Assembly: GCA_964016885.1 (NCBI GenBank)
Contig: OZ024740.1
Span: 63,860,001 to 63,924,000 of the forward strand
Length of the DNA: 64,000 nucleotides
Source: Eledone cirrhosa
Taxonomy: Eukaryota
Reading direction: 5' to 3'
Positions within the stretch are counted from its first letter, which is position 1, and every line of letters starts with the position of its first letter. The translations under genes were made by a program, and so were the position numbers. This document shows, in pieces, positions 14,645 to 27,255 of this stretch. The notes beneath the pieces were generated by a model. It saw only the letters and a list, made by a program, of their open reading frames with translations. It had not been told where the DNA came from and did not search any database.

Positions 14645-14780
14645 TTCGTGTTACCACTGCTAGGACGAGTGTCAACCAAGACTAGAGGGGTCGTCCTCCC
14701 CTAGAGACACGGCTATACCCCGCCGGCCGCCATCCCGGTATTTCTTGGTCACGGTTTTTTTTTGTTTTTTAAATTATCAT

Positions 14781-14958
14781 AGCAGTATCGGTAGAGGGTC
14801 GGACGCCATGCTTTCCAGCATAGTTACGTCCCTTTACGATCTGAGTTCAAATCCCGCCGAGGTTGACTTTGCCTTTCATCCTTACGGGGTCGATAAAATA
14901 AAGTACCAGTAATGCACTGGGTAATTGCTGGCCTTGTGCCTAAAGTAGAAACAATTAT
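14781..14958 (+). mobile_element. tRNA-derived SINE
   Basis: Near-identical to the copy at 47754-47938. Confidence 0.93.
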
Positions 14959-15345
14959 CATGAGTGGTCCCTTAATGTGAGCACTGCGTGTCTTAAGAAA
15001 GAAATTATTATTAATAATATAATATACTTTTTGTTGAAGTTGCCTGTTGTTGTTGTTGGCTATGTCGGTGGTGGTGCTGGAGCTTTTTCTATTGTTGGTG
15101 GGGAAGGGCGGAGCCAGCAGTGCCATAGTCGTTGACGTTTGACCGGGTCACTAAGTCAGTCTATTTATATCTTTTGCTAGCCTCTCCCTTGTTTAATGTT
15201 ACCGCCACCTTCCCCTTTCTTAAGTTAACAGAAAGTAGTGGGGGAACTATGCGGTTTGTCGCCTATGTTTAATATATATGTTGACATATTTCCTTAATAT
15301 TTGAATTAAACATTTTGCGAAAACTTGGATACAATAATAATAATA

Positions 15346-15560
15346 GTTTCTTATATAGGCACAAGGCCAGCAATTTTGGGGGTGGGGAATGTCGATTAAA
15401 TCGAACCAGTGTATTACTGGTACTTTATTTTATCGACCCCGTAAGGATGAAAGGAAAAGTTAACCTCGGCGGGATTTGAACACAGATCATAAAAGGCCGT
15501 AACCCTATGCTGCAAAAGCATGGCGTCCGACCCTCTACCGATACTGCCAATCCACCGCCC
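15346..15560 (-). mobile_element. tRNA-derived SINE, longer subfamily
   Basis: Same head and core, with an extra internal segment. atacaataata is repeated at both flanks. Confidence 0.9.
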
Positions 15561-15979
15561 TATACAATAATACAATAATAATAATAATTATTATTATTAG
15601 ATGCTGGGATTGGTGGTGGTGGAGGTTAAATTGCCGTTATCTGGCTGTTGTATTTAGTATACACAGAGGGGTGGTCGGATAGGTGGTGTATCTAGGTTGT
15701 GGTGGTGGTGAAATTGCTGTTATTTGGCTGTTCTATTTAGTGTAGACAGAGGGGGTTTTCTTCCATTTATAACCATTTTCTTTTTTGAATATAAAATTTA
15801 TAATACAAAATTGAATATTTGAGCCATATGCCAGGATTTTATGGGTTATCATTTCCTGAGAGCTATGACTGGTGCCTTATGTCCCATTTGTACTAAGAAT
15901 TGTTATATCACAATTGTTTTAAATATGTTAAAAATCAAAAACTTACGGGAGCGATTATTATTGTTATTATTATTATTGT

Positions 15980-16143
15980 TATGGCGTTAGGAAGGGCATC
16001 GAGCTGTAGAAATCAAGTCCAAATCATTTCAGTATGAGCAAGACATGGTCACCTGACCTGGCATTGCCCACAACAGGACAACTCGTCTAACCCATGTTAA
16101 CGTGGAAAAATTTACGTAAAACGGTGATGATGATGGTGATGAT
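15980..16143 (+). mobile_element. RTE-related short element with (GAT)n tail
   Basis: ttaggaagggcatc...aacccatg...ggaaaa..acgtaaaacg(atg)n. Relatives at 26960-27150 and 30700-31340. Confidence 0.6.
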
Positions 16144-16541
16144 TATGTAGAATCTATTACAAAAAATATTACAAATATAAAGCATATGAGGACATTTCTG
16201 AGCCTGTTTGACTAAAAATGAATTGAATAATTCTCAAGATAATTCATATTTTCTATGTTAGCTACAATTTCAAAACAATCTAATTTCTTGTAAAGTCCTG
16301 CTAGGGCACTAAATAATTTTGAAAATCTAAATGTCGCTAAGTAGTCATCTTAACTACTTTAGAATGAACTACAAGTATAGTAAATTCTGCTTTTGAGTAA
16401 TTAAGGTAATAATTAAGAATTTTGACATTTGAAAAGACTGTGGCAATATTTAGAATTTCTAACAACTATGCGTAGGAGTACAATTGAGACATTTAAACAG
16501 TAAATCAATCTATTTGAACAAATGTAGAATCTATTAGGGTC

Positions 16542-16542
<1 letters not shown>

Positions 16543-16605
<63 letters not shown>

Positions 16606-16606
16606 C
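16543..16606. repeat. (TAA)n microsatellite
   Basis: Read directly from the sequence. Confidence 0.99.
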
Positions 16607-19188
16607 ATAGAGGAACTGAAGCAACGCATTGTAGCAAAGAGTGCAAAAATCAGGCGATACGAGAACAGAGTCAGTCAGTATAAACAGAACCGCATGTTCG
16701 ACAACAACCAGAAGATGCTGTTTGGACAGCTTGAGGGGAAAGAAAGAGGCAACGACTTGATCCCTGGGGCGGAGCAAACTAAAACATTCTGGAGAGGAAT
16801 ATGGGAGCAGGATGTTAGACATAATGTCCAGGCAGGGTGGATTGAGACAGTACAGAGGGAGATCGGTGAGCAGGTACAACAACAAACTGATTTGAGTATC
16901 ACAGTTGAAACTCTTAAGGGGCAGGCCAAAAAACTAACCAACTGGAAATCACCAGGCCCAGATGGTGTGCAGGGGTATTGGATTAAACATTTAACATCCA
17001 TCCACCCGAAGCTGACGGCCATGTTCAATGACTGCTTGGTGTCGGGTGAGGTGCCAGAGTGGTTGACAAAAGGTACCACAGTTCTGATAATGAAAGACCG
17101 AATCAAGGGTAATGATGTTACCAACTATAGACCTATCACATGTCTGTCCGTAATGTGGAAACTGTTGACGAGCATTGTGTCTGAGGAAATCTACCATCAC
17201 CTCCACACAAACAACTTGTTACCGGACGAACAGAAAGGATGCCGAAAGAAGTCACGTGGTACAAAGGACCAGTTACTTATTGATAAGATGGTAATGGGGA
17301 ATTGCAGGAGGAGACACACTGATCTTGCCATGGGATGGATAGACTACAGAAAGGCATTTGACATGGTGCCTCATTCTTGGATCACCAAAAGCCTGGAGAT
17401 CTTCAGGGTGGCAGACAACATCAGACAGTTGCTGGGCAGGAGTATGGGGTCCTGGGAGACAGAGTTGACATCAACTGGAGTATCCTTGGGAAGCGTGAAG
17501 ATCAAGAGAGGTATCTTCCAGGGAGATAGCCTGTCCCCTCTGTTGTTTGTCCTTGCCCTGATGCCCTTGACCATTATGCTGCGAAAAGTGAGAGCAGGTT
17601 ACAAGTTGGGAAGGGGAGAGCTTACCATCAATCACCTCCTCTTCATGGACGATCTTAAGCTCTTCGGGAAAAGTGAGAAGGAGTTGGATGTGCTTGTTGA
17701 CACTGTCCGTATTTTCAGCAATGATATATGTATGCAGTTTGGTATTGGCAAATGTGGAGTCATTGTGATGAGGAGGGGTAGGTTGAGCAGAAGTAACGGG
17801 ATCCAGATACCAACAGGTGAAATGATAAAGGAAATTGACTCTGAGGAAGGATACAAGTATTTGGGCGTTCTGGAGGCTGATGGCATAAAGAACAAAAAAA
17901 TGAAGGAATTGTTAAGAACTGAATACATTCGGAGAGTAAGGAGCGTATTGAAGTCACATCTGAACAGCAGAAATGCCATAAGCGCAGTAAATTCCCGAGC
18001 TGTGTCTATTATTAGGTACAGTGCGGGAATTCTGAGATGGAATGTTGCTGAACAAAAAGAAATGGATAGGAAGACTAGGAAGCTATTGACTATCTACAAC
18101 ATGTTCCACAAGAGGAGTGATGTCGATAGACTCTACCTAAGGAGATCTGAGGGTGGAAGAGGTTTTATCAGCATAGAGGACTGTGTTCAGATGGAGAAAA
18201 ACAACCTATACAAATACGTGACCTATAGTAAGGAGCCAATGCTCAGAACTGTACTGAAGGAGGGGACAGTAGGCCAGGGGATGTCCAAGGAGGAAATAAC
18301 ATCAAGGAGGAAGAGCAGCCTTAAGGGAAAATCCCTTCATAGTACCTTCTTTGAGAAAACTGAATTTAGAGATCCACAGACATGGAACTGGTTGAGAAGA
18401 GGAGACCTCAAAAAGGCTACAGAAGGAATGCTAATGGCTGCGCAGGAGCAGGCCCTCAAAACGAAGTGGTTGAAGCACCATATTTACAAGGAGGAGGCTA
18501 GCCCACTGTGCAGGATCTGTGGAGAGAGAGAGGAGACTGTGGCTCACATTGTGTCCGAGTGTAAACACCTAACCCAGACCCACTATAAGGGCTGGAGACA
18601 CGATGTGATGGGCAGGGTGATCCACTGGCACCTGTGCAAAGTAAACAATTTACCACATTCTGAGAAATGGTATGAGCATAGGCCAGAGGCGGTGATGGAG
18701 AACAATCAGGTGAAGGTGCTGTGGGATTTTAGGATACAGACGGACAAAAAACTGGAACACAATAGACCTGACCTGGTGGTTGTGGACAAAGAAAAAAGAT
18801 CGTGTCTGATTGTGGATGTGGCCTGCCCGTTCGACACGAGAGTGCAAGAGAAGGAGAGGGAGAAAATTAACCGATACCAGGACCTAAAGTGGGAGGTGAA
18901 AAGGATTTGGAACTGCCATGAAGTCAAAGTGATCCCGATTGTCATAGGCGCACTGGGGACTATCTCCAAAAGTTTCCAGGGATGGTTAAAGAAAATCGGC
19001 CCCTTCACGCTTTTTGGAACGCTTCAAAAGGCATGCTTGCTTGGAACAGCAAGAACCCTCCGATACGTCCTGAATATCTGAGGCTGCAGGTAGTGGCTTG
19101 ATATTCAATCCAACGGACTTTCCAGTTAACCAACATCAATGACTGAGATTCAAGGAATAACAACAATAATAATTATAATAATAATAAT
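16607..19188 (+). mobile_element. R4/Dong-clade RLE retrotransposon, 5'-truncated, inserted in (TAA)n
   Basis: Starts mid-ORF right after the (TAA)n run and ends with a short 3'UTR plus (TAA)n. Bombyx Dong is known to target (TAA)n. Confidence 0.95.
16694..19081 (+). CDS. R4/Dong polyprotein C-terminal part: RT, CCHC zinc motif, restriction-like endonuclease
   Basis: 795 aa uninterrupted: DYRKAFD, QGDSLSP, FMDDLKL, CRICGEREETVAHIVSEC, RPDLVV...IVDVACP...EKINRY. Confidence 0.93.
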   Translation: MFDNNQKMLFGQLEGKERGNDLIPGAEQTKTFWRGIWEQDVRHNVQAGWIETVQREIGEQVQQQTDLSITVETLKGQAKKLTNWKSPGPDGVQGYWIKHLTSIHPKLTAMFNDCLVSGEVPEWLTKGTTVLIMKDRIKGNDVTNYRPITCLSVMWKLLTSIVSEEIYHHLHTNNLLPDEQKGCRKKSRGTKDQLLIDKMVMGNCRRRHTDLAMGWIDYRKAFDMVPHSWITKSLEIFRVADNIRQLLGRSMGSWETELTSTGVSLGSVKIKRGIFQGDSLSPLLFVLALMPLTIMLRKVRAGYKLGRGELTINHLLFMDDLKLFGKSEKELDVLVDTVRIFSNDICMQFGIGKCGVIVMRRGRLSRSNGIQIPTGEMIKEIDSEEGYKYLGVLEADGIKNKKMKELLRTEYIRRVRSVLKSHLNSRNAISAVNSRAVSIIRYSAGILRWNVAEQKEMDRKTRKLLTIYNMFHKRSDVDRLYLRRSEGGRGFISIEDCVQMEKNNLYKYVTYSKEPMLRTVLKEGTVGQGMSKEEITSRRKSSLKGKSLHSTFFEKTEFRDPQTWNWLRRGDLKKATEGMLMAAQEQALKTKWLKHHIYKEEASPLCRICGEREETVAHIVSECKHLTQTHYKGWRHDVMGRVIHWHLCKVNNLPHSEKWYEHRPEAVMENNQVKVLWDFRIQTDKKLEHNRPDLVVVDKEKRSCLIVDVACPFDTRVQEKEREKINRYQDLKWEVKRIWNCHEVKVIPIVIGALGTISKSFQGWLKKIGPFTLFGTLQKACLLGTARTLRYVLNI

Positions 19189-22100
19189 GATTTCTTTATT
19201 AACCACAAGGGTTTACATAAAGTAGACATTAAGGACAGTACAGGACAATAAAGGACGGTACAAATGGGCATTTCTGCGTGTAAAGAAAAACAGAGGATGT
19301 AATAAAAAAATTAACAATGAAAAATTCCCCAATAGGGGGAGACTTCCGAGGGAGATTTGTGGAGAAAGCCATTAAAAAACCACAGTGACCCTGACCACCA
19401 GTTTTCCCCCTTTAATTTACAGACGCATACTCAGAGTAGGCCTATTCACTCGGGCCATACTTGCTTCTCTCACCCATCTTTCAACAAAATGCGGGGAAGA
19501 GAGCACTTCCCTCTCTACCCTGATTTTCCTTTTCAAATGAAATTTGAAAAAGTTAATCAGGGCATCACCGAAGAGGTAAGTGCTCGTCTTCAGCCCTTTA
19601 AAACGTGTCCACCATACTATCTCTTTCGCCATGGCCACCAGACAGATAAAAACTGCCTGCCCTTCCCGGCTAAATGAAGAGAGCGGGGCAATCCTCACGA
19701 TGGACTCAGCTGATAGCTGGATCTGTCCTACACGTGACAGCAGGTGTTCGACATAAACCCACAAGTCAGCAATGCTCGGACACTGGACGAGTGCGTGCAG
19801 GACGGTTTCGTCGCCCTGCGCGCATCTCGGACATGCCCGCTGACGGCACCTCCATGCTTGTAGAGTTTATCCCGAACTGGCAAAGCTCCTCGGTAGCACT
19901 GCCAGGCGAGGGATTTCTGGAAGTTGTCCATAGGCCCCCGGCCCGAAAGTCCTCCCGAAGAGATTAGCTAGTTGATTTTCGTCGACGCCTAGAGTTTCTC
20001 CAAGTACGTCGTCGCTCTTCCCCTCCACTAATCCTCTATAGAACGCCAAGGTAGAGTTTCCACCGATCACATTGCCCGATTGGTCGAGGGCTGTGAGCGC
20101 CTGAAGACATTCTAGTCTCCAAGCGCTCCCTCTCGGTCTTCGCTTGACCCAGGACTGCAGCTCCGTCAAGGAGACGAGCTGGGGAAAGACGTGTCTAGCA
20201 AACGGCGACCACACCTGATCACCGTCGAGGAAGAGGTGGAGATGTGGTAGCCTGAGTGAGTGTCTGCGTAACATCAGCCACGGCATGCCCAGCCCTCCAC
20301 GTAGCGGGTGTTGACAGCAGATGGACCGCCTGACCATCGGAGCACGTCCCTTCCACAAAAAGCGAAAGAGCAAACGCTACAGCGCAGTCAGGCGGGGCTT
20401 AGGACAAGGTACGACGGTCAGGCGGTAGTAGATGACGGACGCGATGTACGCGTTAGCCACCTCCGCTCGACCTTTCAGCAATAGCTTCCTCTCCGCCCAT
20501 TTCTGGGTGAGAGAAGCCACCCTGCTCGTCACCTCGTCTCAGTTTTTGTGCGTCTGGAGGTCCGGACCGAACCAGACCCCTAGCAATTTAACCGGTCCGT
20601 CCGTCCAGCGCCCGACAACGCTGTTGGACGGCATGGACCTGCCTCTCCAGGTACCGAGCTGCAGGGCCACTGACTTTTCCTGGTTGATCATTGCTCCTGT
20701 CACCGCTTCGAATTCTCTTAGTGTAGTGCCGGTCGCCTCGATGTGTTTGGCGTTCGACACCACTACAGTGACATCGTCCGCATATGCTGACACGGATCTT
20801 CCGCATCCTAGTTCGCGCGGGAACCCCCAACGTCTCCAGTTTGTGCAGTAATGGCTCGAGAGTCAACACGTACAAGAGGGACGAGAGGGGACATCCTTGG
20901 CGGACCGAGCGCATGATGTTGTACGGTTCCGAAAGGTGACCGTTCACTCTCACCACAGAGCAGATGTCGCTGTGCATGGCAGCGATCCAGCCTCTGAAGA
21001 CGAACTGAAAGCCAGCCGCCCTCAGGACTACCGCTAGGTAACGATGGTCGACCCTATCGAAAGCTTTCGACTGATCTAAATTGATCAAGCACCCACTCGT
21101 GCCAGGTTCCCTAGCTACCCTCTTTACGATGTATCGCATGAGGTGGAGGTTGTCGTGGATGGATCTGTCGCGAATGGCGCATGTCTGCGCCTCTCCCACC
21201 AGACCACCAACGACAAGCGCCAACCTCTTTGCTAGCACCTTGGCCAAAATCTTGAACTCTGTGTTTAGCAGAGTTATGGGCCTCAAATTATCTATGTTAT
21301 CCCCCTTGTTCGGATCGTTTCTCAGCAGCACCACAGCTCCTCGGCTCACAGAGCTGGGAATTCTCCCGTTCTGTTGCCAGTTGCAGTAGACATCCGCCAA
21401 GAGGCCTCCGAACAAGTCTGGCATCTGTACGTAAAGTTCATAGGGCAGACTACCCAAACCAGGCGATTTACCCCTTGTGCAGCCAGCCATTGCCTCCCGT
21501 ATTTCAACGGCTGTTATCGGCTTTTCGCAACACTCCGCCTCAGTGGCCTAGAGCTGCGGCAGTCCGTCGAGGTAGACATTAAAGTCCATCCCTCGATCTG
21601 GCCCGCCGCTGCCCCCGAACCACTGTGCGAAGTGTCGCTGAAAAGCTTCACACATTTTCCCGGGATCGAGTAGCATGCGCCCGTCGTGGTCCACCAAAGA
21701 CGGATCGTGGCTTTGTTGCCACGACGCGCCTCCGCCACTCGGGCCCATTGAACGGCTTTCGTCCCCTCGTGTCTGAGAGCACGCACCCTAGCTCTGACAA
21801 CGCAGCCTTCGTGCTTTGCATTGAGGAATTGGTCAAGGGCCAATTTCGCCGCAAGTACGTCGGTCGCGATGCCTTTGCTAAGCGCCTCGTCTAATTTTCT
21901 AACTAATTCTCCCTGCTCTATTTTTCTCTATTGCTAAAGCCTTACTAAACCTAATGGACTCTATTCTATTCGCTCTTTTCAGAGCAAACCACCACTTGTT
22001 GTTGACGATGGCCCCGTCAACGCCCGCTTAACTAGTTCGCTAATCCGGTCTCTGTAGGCCTTGCGCGCTGGTAAGGACGCGTTTTGCTTCCAGTAGCCGG

Positions 22101-24820
22101 GTCCTCGTCTATGAAGCCTATCTAAGTCAAGCACACAGATCAAGAATTTGTGGTCCGTGTAGCTGACTATCTTGAATTGTGTACAGCCTATGCTAGACCT
22201 ATCTATTTCCCTAAAAAATACTCTATCTAGATATGATCTGGATGACCATATGCGATTTGTCCAAGTCCACATTGGCACATTCGGGAAATCCAATCGGTAC
22301 CTGTCAGACAGTTCAAAACGCCTGAGCAGGTTGGTGAGGCTCTTTCACCCTCCTCCTCTATCCGCTAATCCCACACAGTCCCAGCGTGCATCTAAGATCC
22401 CGTTCCAGTCGCCCACTAACACTAAAGAGCGGGACGTTCCTAGAAAGGTCTCTAGACGCCGGAAGAAATCAGGCCGCCCTGCTCCTGTCAGGGCATAGAC
22501 GGCCACTAGCCTGAAAGCTTGCCCGTCTCCGCTGCTCACGTCCAGCACCACCAACTTACCTTCTGAGTCCAGGAAGATGGCCCGTATGGCGAGATCCAAA
22601 CCTCTCCGAAAAAGCACAGCAACTCCTTCCCCCCGATCCAGGACGGCTGGGAGATGCGTACACATCGTAGCCGCCGAAGATCGGTGCGAAGGCCCGTGCT
22701 TCAGAGATTCTGGTCTCACTGATGGCCACTACATCTATGTTTAGTGACCTGCGGTTGTTGAGCAGGTGGCCCTGCTTCTATGACGACCCCAAGCCACGCG
22801 CATTTATGCTGCCTATTCTGAATGAGGTCATGTTGAAATGGAGTGGAAAAGATGGGAAAGACCACTTACCTTACTTCTCGTAGAGGAAGGATGGTTTGTC
22901 CATCCTTTTCACTGCTTGTGGCCTCCTCCGGAAGGATGTCCTTATAAATCCTCCTGGAGAGTGCTTGTCGGAAGTCTCCGATGTCTTTGGGGAATTTTTG
23001 TTTTAGTGTCGTGTACGTTTTCTGTGTGATGCGAGTGATTTGTATGTGTGGAGGTGGTGTGAACTTTTGGGTTGTTGTGTAGTCTTTTTCTGTGATGCTG
23101 GTGTTGTGTTGGATGTAGTGTAATAATTGGTTGTTGTTCAAATTTAATGCTGTGTAGTGTGTATCGTTTTGCTTGTTTTGTTTTGATTGCGTTTGTTGTG
23201 GGTTTGTTTCTGTTTCGCTTTTTGGTGACTTTTGTTGTGTTGGGGTTAATGATGGTGATGGTGTTGGTGTTTGTGGTGATGGGGTTGGTGATGCTGGTGT
23301 GGATGGTGGCATATCTGTCCTAACTTTTTTGTTTGATAGTTTATTTGTTTCCTTCTGTATTTTGTTTTTGGAGGGGAAGGGAAGAGAATTTTTTCTTTTT
23401 TGGTTTCTTTTTTTCTTTTTTCCTGATACCGTTTCCCACTCCTCGTCGTCACAATCTGTCTCCAGTTGTGATAGGCCGGGGAGTGGAAATTCCTCCACAG
23501 GCGTTGGTTTTGGTTGTGGCGTGGTGGATGGTGTAGGCGCTGGTGCTAGTTCTGGCGCGTTGAGTGGTGGTGGTGTTGGTTTTGCTACTGTTGCTGGGGT
23601 TGTTGCTGTTACAGTTGCTTCTGTTGTTGCTGCTACAGTTGTTGCTGCCATCTCTGCTTCTGGTGGTGTTGGTGGTTGAGTCACTGGGTGGGTAAGAGAG
23701 GTGACCTCAACCTTTTAGCCTGAGGGCAGAAAGCCCTTAGGTGGGTTCCTTCACCACAAACGACACACCTAGGCCTTCTGCCCTCGGTGGCTGCCGTCAG
23801 TGAAGTCTATTACCTCTGGGATCTCCTCAATGCTTTTTTGGTCCGCTTGGATCAGGAGCTCCATCCCAGATCCGGACCAGTTCTCCTGCTTTTCTTTCGC
23901 TATTTCGATTATCTTGGTGTTGGCTTCGATGTCGCCGAGGACAGCCGCTATTAACCAGGGAATTTCGATGGCCGGTGGAACGTGGGTCACCCTGATCTTC
24001 ACGAGTCGCTGGCCACAATAGCTTGGGACGAGTGTGAAGTCATCACTTCTTAATGGGGCCATGGAGTGTTCTCTGGCCTCCTGTGGTGTTTCAAAGAACA
24101 CGTCCACGGTTCCATACTTCTGCCCACGTCTGATGTGGGGTTTTTTTGCCCACACATGTCCCAAAGCTTTTTGGATTTGGGACTCGGATGCCCGTTCCAC
24201 TCGGTGCGATTTTATGTTAATCGTCCGATAAGACACGGTGCATAGGCGCCGATGCTCCATTTTATTAGGTGTGTGTGTGGGGTGTGTGTGTGTGGGGTGG
24301 ATGGTGTTGGTGAGGCTGACCCTGTACCTATCTTTCTTTACCATTTTTTTGGCGTCTTCTAATTCCTCCTGAGTTACCTGGAATGCTTCGCATTGTTTTG
24401 CTACTCTGGCAAAACTCAGGGTGCTTTTCTTAATTTCATTGTTGCTGTTGTTGTTATCGTTATTTTTGTTATTGTTAATTTTAGCTTCAGTTGTGGTGGT
24501 GGTGGCGTCAGTGGTGTTCGGTGTGGAAGAGTTCATTTTGGTTGAATTCATTTCGATATCACGAGTTAATTTATTTTTTTCTTTTGTGTCTGTTGTCGCT
24601 GTGGTGGTGGTGGGGGTGGCGGCTTTAACACCTGCAGTCATTGGTAATAGCGGGAAATGAATCTCTGCCTGAGACAAATTTAAATATTGCTACTGCTTAT
24701 ATTTTTAGTGTTGGCAAACGTAGTAATATTTACAATGGTGGTGTCGGTGTGAGGTGTTAGTTTGTGAGGAAAGTGTGACTGTGAGTCGTCCATGATTTTT
24801 CAAAGAAAAATCTTTGTTTA
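19189..24820 (-). mobile_element. L1-Tx1-clade element, full length but decayed, (ATT)n tail
   Basis: ORF1 remnants 24793-22866 and ORF2 remnants 22831-19417 (GDWN, YADD). Likely TSD taataattataa at ~19167 and ~24819. Confidence 0.94.
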
Positions 24821-24982
24821 ATAATTATAAAAGTTTAAATTTTGGGCTCAAGGCCCCAATCTTTTTGAGTGTCCTTTTCAGAATACAATGTATGTGCACT
24901 TATATACAGTTAACAATAAAAATTTTCCATAAATGGCAATTTTAAACAACTGAAAATAACAAACCTTTGCGGAGCTCACGCC

Positions 24983-25033
<51 letters not shown>
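24983..25033. repeat. (TAA)n microsatellite, the (ATT)n tail of the adjacent minus-strand Tx1
   Basis: Read directly from the sequence. Confidence 0.98.
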
Positions 25034-25034
<1 letters not shown>

Positions 25035-26816
25035 CTTTCTTTATTAACCACAAGGGTTGACACAAAGTATAACATTAAGGACAACACAGGACAATACAAA
25101 TGGGCATTTCTGCGCGTAAAAAAAAAACAAAAACAGAGTGTGACAAAAGAAAACAATGAAACATTCCCAATAGGGAGGAGACCTCCGAGGGTTGCTCGTG
25201 GAGAACGCCCACAAGAAAAGCTACGGTTACCCTGACCGCTAGGGCAAATGCCCTCTTCCAGCTTTCCTCCCACAATGCTACAGGCACATGCTCAGGGTAG
25301 ATCCATTCACACGGGCCATTCTTGCCTCTCTCACCCACCTTTCAACAAACTGACTGGAGGTCGGCACTTCCCTCTCCACCCTGACTTTCCTCTTCAGGTG
25401 AAACCTGAAAAAGTTAATGAGGGCGTCACCGAAGAGGAATGTACCGGTCTTCAACCCTTTCAGACGTGTCCACCATACAATCTCTTTTACCATGGCCACC
25501 AGGCAGATAAAAACTGCCTGCCCTTCTCGACTAAAGGAAGGCGGCGGAGCAATCTTCACGATGGACTCAGCTGATAGCCGCATCCGTTCTACAAGTGACA
25601 GCAGGTGTTCGGCATAAACCCATAAATCAGCAATGCTCGGACACTGGATGAGTGCGTGCAGGAGGGTTTCATCGCCCTGTGCGCATCTCAGACAGGCTCA
25701 GATGACGGCACTTCCATGCCTGTAGAATCTATTCCCAACTGGCAAGGCTCCTCGGTAGCACTGCCAAGCCAGGGACTTCTGGAAGTTGTCCATGGGCCCC
25801 GATCCGAAAGTTCTTCCGAAGAGATTGACTAGTTGGTTTTCGTCGACGCCTAGAGTCTCCCCAAAGGACGTCGTTGCGCTTTCCTTCCACTAATCCTCTA
25901 CAGAAAGCCAAGCTGGAGTTTCCAGCGATTGTATTGCCCGACTGGTCGAGGGCTGTAAGCGCCTGAAGACATTCTAGTCTCCAAGCGCTTCCTCTCAGTC
26001 TTCGCTTGACCCAGGACTGCAGCTCCGCCAAGGAGACAAGCTGGGGAAACATGTGTCTAGCAAAGGGCGACCACACCTGATCAGCGTCGAGGAAGCGGTG
26101 GAGATGCCGTAGCCTGAGTGCATGTCTGCGCATCATCAGCCACGGCAGTCCAGCCCCCCGCGTAGCGGGTGTTGACAGCAGATGGACCGCCTGACCATCG
26201 GAACACGTCCCTTCCACAAAAAGCGAAAGAGCAAACGCTCCATTGCAGTCAGGGGAGGCTTAGGACAAGGCACGACGGTCAGGCGGTAGTAGATGACGGA
26301 CGCGATGTACGCATTCGCCACCTCCGCTCGACCTTTCAAGGATAGCTTCCTCTTAGCCCATTTCTGGGTGAGAGAAAACACCTTGCTTGTGACCTCCTCC
26401 CAGTTTTTGTCCGCCTGGAGGTCCGGACCGAACCAAACCCCTAGCAATTTAACCGGTCCGTCCGTCCAGCGCCCGACGACGCTGTTGGGCGGCATGGACC
26501 TGCCTCTCCAGGTGCCGAGTTGCAGGCCTACTGATTTTTCCTGGATGATCATTGCTCCTGTCACTACCTCGTATTCTCTTAGTGTGGTGCCCACTGCCTC
26601 GATGTGTTTGGTGTTCGACACCACTACGGTGATGTCGTCTGCATAAGCTGACACTGTTCTTCCGCATCCTAGATCACGTGGGATCCCCCTCAACGTCTCC
26701 AGTTTGTGCAGTAATGGCTCAAGAGTCAATACGTACAACAAGGACGAGAGAGGACATCCCTGGCGGATCAAGCGCATGATGTTGAACGGTTCCGAAAGGT
26801 GACCGTTCACTCTCAT
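25034..26816 (-). mobile_element. L1-Tx1-clade element, 5'-truncated within RT
   Basis: ORFs 26136-26864 (QGCP, YADD), 25729-26217 and 25278-25583. The 5' end abuts a SINE tail. Confidence 0.94.
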
Positions 26817-26950
26817 AATAATTGTTTCTACTTTTGGCACAAGGCCAACAAATACCCAGTGCATTACTGGTACTTTATTTTATCGACCCCGTAAGGATGA
26901 AAGGCAAAGTTAACCTCGGCGGGATTTGAACTCAGAATGGCAAGGGCCAT
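26817..26950 (-). mobile_element. tRNA-derived SINE, 5'-truncated
   Basis: Core and tail match the other copies. Confidence 0.9.
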
Positions 26951-26959
26951 AATAATGTA

Positions 26960-27152
26960 GGAGACACGGTAAAAAGGCCCCCAGATCACACTGTAAAAGT
27001 GGTTGCTGTTAGGAAGGGCATCTAGCCGTAGAAAACCTGCCAGTGACACTTCCGTATGAGCGAGACACAGTCTACCAATCACGCATCAAATGGAACAAAA
27101 TCGTCTAACCCATGCTAGAATGGAAGATGGACGTTAAACGATGATGATGATC
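26960..27152 (+). mobile_element. RTE-related short element with (GAT)n tail
   Basis: Ends aacccatgctagaatggaagatggacgttaaacgatgatgatg. Confidence 0.65.
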
Positions 27153-27255
27153 ATGAATGATATTAATAGAAAACTCCCCCTCCCCCACGGAATAAGCTCC
27201 AGCCCCACCGGCATAGCCAACAACAACAACAGGCAACATCAACAAAAAGTTTATT

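Larger units (their letters stand above)
10636..14755 (-). mobile_element. R4/Dong-clade RLE non-LTR retrotransposon, near full length, decayed
   Basis: Minus-strand ORF pieces: WKSPGKD, NYRPITCL, HLFYMYDLKL, ETIDHIISMC, RPDII...LIDMTV (PD-D/ExK nuclease). Its tail is the (TTA)n tract at ~10610-10635. Confidence 0.93.

Noticed and set aside
15610-15755. Two ~80-bp tandem direct repeats
   Set aside because: A simple diverged local duplication with no further signal.
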